DNA of 64,000 nucleotides from Octopus vulgaris (taxonomy: Eukaryota), in contig OX597816.1 of NCBI GenBank assembly GCA_951406725.2, positions 16,802,001-16,866,000 on the forward strand. The letters are read 5' to 3'. A program made the position numbers and the translations under genes. The notes beneath the pieces are model-generated. The model was not told where the DNA came from and did no database searches. It saw only the letters and a program-made list of their open reading frames with translations. The stretch's first letter is position 1; each line of letters begins with the position of its first letter. Of this stretch, positions 53,592-64,000 are shown piece by piece.

Positions 53592-53988
53592 ATCTTTTCT
53601 ACTCTAGGCACAAGGCTTGAAATTTTGGGGGGAGGGGGCCAGTCAATTAGATCGACCCCAGTATGCAACTGGTACTTAATTTATTGACTGAAAAGATGAA
53701 AGACAAAGTCAACCTTGGTGGAATTTGAATTCAGAACATAGCGGCAGATGAAATATCTATTTCTTTACTACCCACAAGGGGCTAAACACAGAGAGGACAA
53801 ACAAGGACAGACAAACGGATTAAGTTGATTATATCAACCCCAGTGCATAACTGGTACTTATTTAATTGACCCCGAAAATATGAAAGGCAAAGTTGACCTC
53901 AGCGGAATTTGAACTCAGAACATAGCGGCAGACGAAATACTGCTAAGCATTTTGCTCGGCGTGCTAACAATTCTGCCAGCTCGCCGCC

Positions 53989-53990
<2 letters not shown>
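53592..53990 (-). mobile_element. SINE family B dimer within (CA)n
   Basis: Full unit ~53757-53990 joined to a head-less unit with the alternative tail. Confidence 0.88.
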
Positions 53991-54022
<32 letters not shown>

Positions 54023-55444
54023 TAAAAGAATGTAAAAGTAAGTATAGTTCAACTAAAATTTACTTAACAACATTAATTATGACACCACATGAATGTATCA
54101 ATTTCCTTAGCATACTTTTGCTGAAATATGATGCCAATTTTTCTTTAATAATTTTGGAAACAATCAAGTATCTGTATGGATTTATTAAATTAACTAACTT
54201 TCCATTATATCAGCAATGTTCATAACATAACTTAAAGACATTTTCTTTCACAAGATTATGATGGAATATTTTAATTTAAATCTGAACACTTTAAAATGAA
54301 AGGGTTTCTATCACAAAACCAGAAACAGTCTCAGGCAAGTTAGTGTCAAAAGAGTTAAGGACATTTCTAAAAGAGTTATTTCTTATGATTAATTAGATGA
54401 GTGAATGATTTTTTTGTTGGAGTTATCCTCTGTACAACAGGTTGCCCTTTTTATAACTAACCACTCAACCAGCAAATACAGAGTGGAGCCTGTTTTTTGT
54501 TCAGTCAAGCAAACTGGAGCAAACAGAGCTACATCTTCAGCTCGGATACACAACATAATAACTCTAATAGTAAAATATGAACTTATGGCCTACTGGTGCA
54601 GCACCTTAATTTCAGAGTCATTGTACATAATATAGATTATATTTGAAAATGTATTCTGCAGCAAATAAATGATTACATTTGGCATCAATAATGGATCCTT
54701 ACATTTAGTACGAGCTATATTGTGAAGGAACGTGGTTGCTGAGAGCTAAAATTTAATAAAGAACATTGGAATGGTAGTTAAAGAATTTCAGTTCCAAACG
54801 TCACTGGTGACACACATACTCTGAATAGTTTAAGACTTATGATTTATAATTCAATCCAAAGATCATTAATAAAAAGGATTTGGTGGAGACAATGAATGGC
54901 TCCAGATAGTATATTTATCTTTAAATCTGTTACGTATTACAATTCAAGTTTCACTGTGAAGTGAGACACTAAACTGCAAAGAAATACACCACATTTATTG
55001 CAAAAAGTAAGAAGTTCTTAGATTTACCTCACAAATTACTTTAGTTTTATAACCGCTAGATAGAAAATGTGGGTTGAGTAACCAAAAACCTAAATACTTT
55101 TCATATGGCTAGAACCACCTTCATATGTGAGTGTACACACACACATACACACATAAACACACACATATACGCATACATATGCACATATACAAATATAACC
55201 ATAATGCTTGCATATTATCCAGTATGTGAAATAAAACAGTTTGTGATGTAGATTTTGCAATTAGTTTTCAAAAGAAATTACATGATATATTACTCTGGAA
55301 GTAATTCTCACCCTGCCTTGTTAGGTTACCAGTTTCGTAGGTTATATACATTTAATTTGCAATCAAAATTAATATAGACAAGTCTTTACATTATTTAACT
55401 AGCTAGCATTTAAATCCAGAATTTAAAATAAACTTTTATATATA

Positions 55445-56430
55445 TTAGGTCATCCCATAAATAATGCAGTCTTTTATACTTCTTTTATTTTTCAAAATTA
55501 AGATAAACAAAGTTCTTTTTTAATCTAACATATACTTTCTACAATGATTTTCTGTCTATCTGGTAGTCTTGTAAGGCCCCTTCTTCCAAAATTCACTTGT
55601 CCATGATGAAAAATACTCCTCTTCTGACCTCGTCTGCGAAATTCATATTTTTTCCCTTTGAATGATTTTGAAGACTGCAGAATAAATGATAATCAGTTGG
55701 GTCAATGTCCGGCAAATATGATGGGTGGAGCATCATTTTCCATTCAAACTGCTCAAGCCTTTGGAATGTCATCCTTGCTGTATGTGGCTGAGCATTATCC
55801 TTATGGAAGAACATCTTTCATCTTGAAACCAAAGATGGTTGTTTCTCTTCTAGTGCTGACTTAAGCTGCTTACAGTAGATCTCCTTCGTTATCATTTGGT
55901 TTGGGTTTAAAAATTCAAAGTGGACTAAACCTTTCATATCCCACGGGTGAATATCTACTTAAGCCTGAGGTGCCAGTGTTTTACCTTTCACTACCCACGG
56001 TCTCAAGCACTTGACATTTTTATTGAGAACCCATTTCTTGTCACCACTTACTATTCAGGCCAGAAAAAGGTCATTTGTGAGACATGACAGCAAAGAAAAC
56101 ACACATTCACTCAACTTGCTGACTTTTCTGATGGTACACAGGTATTGATGAATGGTTGAATGACAAAATCCAAGCTTCTCTGATAGTTCCTCAACAGTTA
56201 CGATGGGATTTTCTTCCACCAGGGTTTGCAAGACATCTTTGTTGAGCTCTACAGATCTTCCAGGATGAGGCTCATCTAGGCTGCAGTTTTCAGCTTGGAA
56301 TTTCTGGAACTACTGTTAACACTGGCTTATGTTTACTGTCTGATCCTCATATACTGCATTAATACTTTGTGCACTTTCTGTTGCATTGTTGCCTTTATTG
56401 AACTCATAAAACAAAAATATATCAAATACC
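55445..56430 (-). mobile_element. mariner transposon relic, most of the transposase
   Basis: TIR ttaggtcatcccataaataatgc; FHKDNAQPH...HPSYLPDIDPTDYHLF (cf. HDNARPH, HPPYSPDLAPSDYHLF); N-terminal FYEFNKGNNATE near 56400. Confidence 0.92.
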
Positions 56431-57111
56431 TGCATTATTTATGAGATGACTCAGTATATATCCACATGGCTCTAAGGTTGGTCAAAACAATTCTTATATG
56501 TTTAATAACACAAATTATTGATGATACTAAATGACTATCAAACATCAGGAATTAGGGAATCACGTCAAAAGTTAGTTTAAAACGTATGATGAACTTTGCA
56601 CAGAGGTAGATTATTTTAAATTTCATGATTATGAAATGAAATTTTCGATGTCAATTAATTGCATAGATAAGAGGGAAATAATAACCTGGAATGATATTTC
56701 TTGCAATGTAATTTAGAGGGGGAAAGATTTTTATTGAATTAAAATTGATAATGGACAATTTTATATTTTTCATGTGAAGGTACAAAGCTTAGTGGTTTGG
56801 GTGCTGCACTCATTAATGCAAGATGAGGGTTTCAATAAATGGACCAGGTTATGCGATATGTTCTTGAGTGAGCTAAATCATTCCATATTGCTTTGCAATC
56901 ATTTTGGCACCTGACATTTGGTACACCATGCACCTGATCGGTCAATGTTGATTTGATGGAGGAAGTCAGCTAATGCACAGTTCATACATTTGAGCACTAC
57001 AAACAACTCATTCATTCAGGTTGTTCAGCAAGAAATTACAGAACTGTGTTTCTTGGACTACAAGAAACTACCATCACCATCATATTGCTTTTACAATAGA
57101 ACCTTAGTTGA

Positions 57112-57293
57112 CATCATCATCATCATTGTTTAACGTCCGCTTTCCATGCTAGCATGAGTTGGACGATTTTGACTGAGGGCTGCCAAACCAGATGCTCCAA
57201 TCTTGATCTGGCAGAGTTTCTACATCTGGATGCCCATCCTAATGCCAACCACTCCGAGAGTGTAGTTGGTGCTTTTACATGCCACCGGCACCA
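57112..57293 (-). mobile_element. Family C 3' fragment
   Basis: (CAT)n followed by gtttaacgtccgctttccatgctagcatg. Confidence 0.85.
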
Positions 57294-60042
57294 CAATTAG
57301 TCCATGGTACTATGAAGGCAGCAAATTGGCTGAGTTATTAGAGAGATGGATAAAATGCATAATGGTATTTATTTGGACATTTTGCAGTCTATGTTCAAAC
57401 CCCATCAATGTCAACTTTACATTTCTTCCTTTCAGAGTTAATGAAACAAAATTCACCAATTCAGGGTGGTAGATTGGCAGAACTATTAGAGCACTGTATG
57501 AGATGCCTTGCAGTATCTGTTCTACTTCTTTGTGTTCGATGAACAATGCCTGTAATAACATTACTGCTAAACCGTGGCCCAAAAGCTATAACCTTTTCCC
57601 TTGAACAACATCACTGGTGTGGATAGGAGAGACTTGCCATGCATGAGTAGCTTCCAGTATTCCTCACAAAACAAAAACATTGCCCAGGTCTTCACATGCA
57701 ACCCAACCAATGAAAGCCCCTATCTCATATATATTTTGTATTCATAATACTATAATGTTGGTGATATGAATCTGATCTACAATATATTATCCTAATCAAT
57801 GCACATCTTTATGATGAATGTTGTTACAATTTAATCTACCTAAGATTTGTTGTGAATGTGGAAATTAATTTTACATACTACTAAATAACATCTGTCTTAG
57901 CTTGAACTAGAGAATGCATATACTGATAATACATTCATACTCATTTATATAGAAATACATAGACACATATATAGCATATATAAGATCTGAAGAACTTTTC
58001 TATATTAAAAAAGTAAAACATAAAAAACAATAGCAAAAAAAAAAACATGCAGAAAGGGAGAAAAACAAATAGAACTGAGGAAAAGATAAATGAGAAGCAA
58101 AATAAGATTTGATCTTCTTAGAATAGATATGTTAGATTTTTGCTAACCAAGCTATCTTATAGCAAATCTAACCCATTTTACCAAAACTGTGGTCTATTAC
58201 TTTGCATTTTAGCATTCTTCTGTGCTAAGCTTGGAACCAAGCAATCTACACTATGACATTTACTGAGTGGAAACTTGTAAAATTTTGCCCGTCATTTGGA
58301 CAAAGTTACATTGTATTACGAAAGATAACTGCCAGCTAAAATACAAATTAATGGTTTTAAGATTTCATGAAGAACGGCAAGAAGGTAGAAAAAAAAAATT
58401 GTTGCAAAAGCCATGGAAAAAGAACGACAACTTGACAAGCAGATTGGAAAAATACTATATCCATCCATCTTGTCTATAAAAAAAAAACCTTGACTGTGTA
58501 ACCTGAACAAGGGCTGTGTGGCAGGAATTACTATTCAATAAGTATTACATAATTTTCATCCTACAAACAAGGTTAAAGAAGGAATAAATAAGAGCCATAC
58601 CAACGGATTTCAAATGCTCAGTCTAATAAAGATCATGAAAAATACTCCAAACCATGAGAAACTAAACTGGTAGCAGCCCTTGTTGAAATAAACAGCGCCT
58701 AGCATTCCATTCTTAATAGAAGTATATTGCAGTTATTGTTTTGTTTATATATTATGCGTTAGAAATTAATTAGTATTTTCCTGCATGGTATTAACTAATC
58801 TTTCTTAAGAATTACTTTTATATTTTACATTTTATACAAAACATGAGCATAATATGTTAATTAGAAATGGTGTTTTTTTACCAGACTGCATATCAAAAAT
58901 AGCAGTTGGAAAGGGAGAGACAACTGGAAGATAGAATCATTAAATTTAAAGATGTGGGGAAATCGTTATGAATAGAAAATAATGAACAAAAAATATTACA
59001 ATAAACTGAATATGGAATAATCTTGTGAACAGAGACAGGGAAAGACAAAAGTGTTTAGTAAAGTGAAATATAATTTTGATTGTGAAGTATGTTTATACGT
59101 GAAAAATTTATTGAGTGATGGTAACTTAACAAAAATAGATATTCAAAACATCAAGCATAACATAGTTATTAAAAGCACATGAAGTTGGCATGTTGTTCCA
59201 ATATTCAGCCAAAGTCATTCAGATTTTGAAGTACAGTAATACTTGGAATTTCAATAGATAAAATTGAGGCATGAATAGAGGAAGTTTTGGAGAGTGATTT
59301 GACAGTGATTTGTGAAAATAGGTGATTTCATATTTATGAATGTATGTGAATAATTCATTTATAAACATAACTAGCGTGATGGTTGTGAATAACATTATAG
59401 AAATGTTCTGAGTTACCCTCTGTATTGTTAAAGTCATTATTAAATATTGTTTCATTTTGTGCCATATCTAAACAGGAAGAGAAAATATGATACTCATAAT
59501 CAAAATGGAAAAAAAGTTTTTTTTGAAATATTTTAACTATACATAAAAATGAAAAATTAAATTTATTTCAAGTATCAATTAAGATTTCTTAGCTTATGTT
59601 TAGAGACTAAAATATGAACAACATTTCAATTAAACAAGTTTCAATGGCAAAAGAGGATAAAATTTCAGTCTCTGACACTGAAGAAAAAAAAGAAATCAGA
59701 AATAACTAACAAAATATATTCACTTCACTTTTGTGTTTATCTGAAAATTTAAAAATCAAAGGCAGTGAGTAATTGTTGTAGCCGAGTAGATGGTTTAATT
59801 TCATTATACTTCAAAAGCTTTAATAATTCTAAGCAAAATGCAACCAAGTAAACATTTTAAAATAGTTTAATAGCATGGAATCCATGACTAAACTTAAATC
59901 TATGCATGTAATAGATTGAAGTAAATCTTCTATTCCTATTAACTTACAAAGACAAACACAATTAACTCTATGCATCAAAACATAAATATACAGAGGTTGG
60001 GATTAAATAACGTTTCTATACAGACGTAAAAAATATTATATA

Positions 60043-60426
60043 CTAGCAGTATCGCCCGGCGTTGCTCAGGTTTGTAAGGGAAATAACTATAAAGCATTTT
60101 TAGAGAGTTATAGCCAAAAAATAGCCAAAAAATGGGAAAAAAATGATGGTAAATTTTTTTTGAGAGTTAAAAAAGGTGGAGTTGCGTCCCCTAGACGGTC
60201 TGTGGTTTGGGTTTCTGATTCTCGACCCCATGTCGAATTTATCGATTTTTTTCAGAACTGGGGGAACTTTTCAAAATTTTCGCTGCGTTAGTTTTGAATT
60301 ATGACATTGGGCTATGTGTGTGTCAAGTTTCATCAGAATCGGTTGAAAGCCGTGGTCAGAGTGAGGGTACGAGAAAACAGACACACAGAAAACGCACAGA
60401 CAAACTGCCGTTTATATAGAGAGAGA
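60043..60426 (-). mobile_element. Non-autonomous Helitron
   Basis: Minus strand 5'-TC...CTAG-3' inserted between A and T, no TSD, subterminal hairpin cctgagcaacgccggg. Confidence 0.8.
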
Positions 60427-60893
60427 TATAAATGTAGTGCTCTGTTATGATAAGGGTAACAAAATGAATTATAACATTTTAAAATATAAATGTTGAAAAT
60501 TTATTACAGAAAAATAAAGTTCTGTAGATTTCAAACAGAAGATATGATAGCCAATTTCATGGCTTGTATAATTCTTGATCACCACTAAGTAGAAAAACTA
60601 TAACTATAGTTACAAGGGTCAAGATTATCTCAGATATTGCAAAACATGAAAAACAAAAGTGTGATGGTATTCAGTTTAATCCTCTTTTTCTGCATAAGAT
60701 GCAGAAGAAAAATAGCATACAATATTCTTATTTCATTAAAAATTTATACGTTTTGCTTGCAAATCCAAGATTTACATTTTGAAGTCTAGACAATGATAAT
60801 ATTCTATTGTAATGGTGCACTGAGACTGAGTGAACACAGAATATTTTCCCCATGGTTTCAATCATACAGTCTAAGAAAAGATTATAGATGTAT

Positions 60894-61288
60894 GGATGGA
60901 TGGAAGCACTCCGTTGGTTACGACGACAAAGGTTCCGGTTGATCCGATCAAAGGAACAGCCTGCTCGTGAAATTAACGTGTAAGTGGCTGAGCACTCCAC
61001 AGACACGTGTACCCTTAACGTAGTTCTCGGGGATATTCAGCGTGACTCAGAGAGTGACAAGGCCGGCCCTTTGAAATACAGGTACAACAAACAGAAACAG
61101 GAAGTAAGAGTGAGAGAAAGTTGTGGTGAAAGAGTACAGCAGGGATCACTACCATCCCTGCCGGAGCCTCGTGGAGCTTTAGGTGTTTTCACTCAATAAA
61201 CACTCACAACGCCCGGTCTAGGAATCGAAACCGCGATCCTACGACCGCAAGTCCGCTGCCCTAACCACTGGGCCATTGCGCCTCCACC
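60894..61288 (-). mobile_element. tRNA-derived SINE family E (shares its 3' half with family D)
   Basis: A-box tggcccagtgg, B-box ggtttcgattcc; 11-bp TSD TATAGATGTAT at 60883-60893 and 61289-61299; (TCCA)n tail. Confidence 0.9.
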
Positions 61289-64000
61289 TATAGATGTATA
61301 TTAACAGTAATACTTAATAACAAACCAATACATATAAATATAATATTAATCATTACACCACAAATAATATATCTTAAGAGAGCTTCTAACAGCTTGTTAT
61401 CCAACCATCTTCCTATATCTGTATGAGTGTGTAGATATAAAGACTCATTTTCTTGCGTGACAATCTACAAAACTTCATAATAGAGATATAATGTTGATCA
61501 CTCCCTTTATAGATACGTTATTAATGGTTTAAAGATTAATATCATATTCATATGTACTGGTTTGTTATTTAGAAACCAATCTCTATAATTAATCCGTTGT
61601 TAATTTTCATTATTCCTAAAAAAACACTTTGCCTAGATTCATGCCAAATTATAAAATAAAGATTTTCCCAGTTTTGAGGTACTGTCAACTATTTACTTAC
61701 AGATGTCTATGCTTGTCTATGAATGTGAATATATGTGTGGGTGTTTGTGTGTGTGTGTGTGTGTAAACACACACACCCACACATACATTCACACTCACAA
61801 ACACATATGTAATTTCCACACTAGTATGTTACTTTTACACAATACACTGGAATTAATAGGTGTCAGTGCTAATTTTCTAATAACTCAAAACAATTTAAAC
61901 AAAATGATAGAGGAATTGTTTCAAAATATGAAAATCCCAAAATCTAGGTTTAACACAAAATATCCACACAAGGTTAATATCAATTTAATGCATAATACAG
62001 TATTAAACATATTCTATTTTTAAATGCTAGCATGAGTTGGTTCCTGAAGTATGTAAACATTTTTCTCTGAAGCTTATCTAAGCTTTGTCAGCTCTTCAAA
62101 TGGTTAAACTTCACAAAGTTATATTTACAGGACAAGAGGGAAATTGTGATATCTATTGTAAAGCCGTTTCTGTGCAATTACTGTTCTGTAACCAAGCCAT
62201 AAAATAGTCTGAGAAATTCCCAACTGTGTAATACAAATTGAGAGTTTATAAAACTATGCTATATGCCAATAAAAAGAAAATCGTTTGATTTGTTTTGACT
62301 GAAACTTCCTCATAGCCATCAGAAATGAGTTCCATATTTTTGAAACATTATTTCTATGCATTTTTACTGTATCTATTGTTTATTGTTACAAACTAAAGAT
62401 AAAAATAATTTCATGAATGTAATAGAAAATTATTTGTCAAATACAGAACTAAACTGAAGAGCTACTCTGGTGGCTTTCTATGAAGATAATATTGTTATAA
62501 ATGTACATATAACAATAATCTTGATATCAATATAAACACAATTATTCAAAGATATTATGAAACAATAACATTATATTTAATATGAATATTCTCTTCCGAT
62601 GTGTTGAATTTCCTTTTCTTTTTTTTATCTTCATTTTCAATGAACTAATAAACAATTGATTGATCAACATATTAAACACTGGCTAAAGGTTATGTATTTG
62701 TTTTAATATATCTCCAGGATTTTCTTTATTTTATAAAGAAATACAGACATTCAAATTTTTATAATGTTTTCAATAATTGATTAAATCTGTTTTTTTTAAA
62801 TAGAAAATCCATTATGTTGAACTTTGTGGAATAGAAGTTATGACGGCATTCATGAATGAAATTATTGATGATATTGTTACTTTACAGAGTGGTGGAGAGA
62901 CAGATGTAGTTGTATACCAGACTAAATGCCTCACAGAATTTAGATATAGCCTTTCACATTCAGATTTCAATCCTGCTAGAGTTGTCTTTGCTTTTCTTCC
63001 TTCCAATTTCAATGAAAGAATTACCAATACTCCTTTCCTAAAAAATTAAGTCCTTGTTCAAATATCTGAAGTCAATGATTACTAATTTGTTTATTTTTAC
63101 ATTTGCCATTGATAGGAAATGTGAAATGTTTGGAAAGATCATTCTTAGAAAAAAAAACACAACTAAAACAAAAATGAATAACATAATCAAAGCTTTAAAT
63201 GCTTTCCTACTGAGTATTAAATAATTTTCTTTTCTTTCCTTTTGGTTTTTAAAAAGCAAAATTGATTCTTTACTTTTGAGAGTAGTTAGTGATGAGTATA
63301 GCATACAAAGGATGAAATTGTCCACAATTGTAAGACATACTTCAAGTTCTTATGAGAGGTTAATTATAATATTTTTGACATCATTTAACCTTTTAAGATT
63401 ACTTTTTGATTAGTAACAGTTGAATTTACATATTAGGTGTGTTAGACATCTGTCATGATCCACGTTTTCTAAATAAGGTATATTTTGATGTTATTCTCAG
63501 TCAGTATCTGGTGATCTATTTCATAGAAATGTCAGGTTTAATCACACAGAAAGTATGCTGGAGGTGAGTTATGAGTAACAGTACTGATTTCATTATTTGC
63601 TAGTTTTTTTTCCCGGTCTCTGTGCAAGCCTATCATAAAAAGGTGGGAGAAATCTTCAGAGATTCATATATTCATGTAATTTGTAACTTGGAAAGCATCT
63701 TAGTAAAATTATTGATTACAGCAATGTCTGCGGAACCCAACACCTTCACTAAAGGGATATGAAATACTGTTACATCACAATTGTTGGCAAAGCTTTGTTA
63801 GCGTAAAATGTGTGAAACATTTTTGTAAATGGAAAATAATATTCTACGATTCTGATGTTAACAAGCTGATATTATTATGTGTTCTAATAAGCGTTCACAA
63901 ATATTTGTATAAAAAACGATCTCTGGAATGTTTGTTCAACATGTTTAAAACATGGCAGAGCAAACCAATTATTTTTCATAATATTACCTCAAGAAAAACT

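Noticed and set aside
61200-61288. tRNA-like sequence (also at other SINE heads)
   Set aside because: A and B boxes belong to SINE heads bounded by TSDs; no complete cloverleaf.

Overview
AT-rich, repeat-dense eukaryotic DNA. The repeat repertoire (tRNA-derived SINEs, TTAA MITEs, RTE and CR1 tails, microsatellites) suggests an octopus or other coleoid genome; this is inferred from recall, not a database search. Most of the window looks like very large introns of one minus-strand host gene, for which I can support a 223-nt coding exon (28563-28785, periplasmic-binding/Venus-flytrap-like receptor N-terminus) and a frame-compatible 18-nt microexon (20331-20348). Almost all ORFs in the supplied track are spurious or TE-derived. 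Recognisable relics: a near-full-length Gypsy gag-pol (22150-25540), a CR1/Jockey-group LINE, RTE fragments, three mariner derivatives, piggyBac and hAT MITEs, a non-autonomous Helitron and an intronless METTL7/TMT1-like pseudogene (~52590-53290). The most interesting signal is non-coding: at least four distinct minimal type I hammerhead-ribozyme folds in short non-coding Penelope-like insertions. Two of these insertions have 130-140 bp inverted arms, and one ends exactly at the predicted cleavage site. All coordinates were read by eye; edges of decayed elements are approximate.
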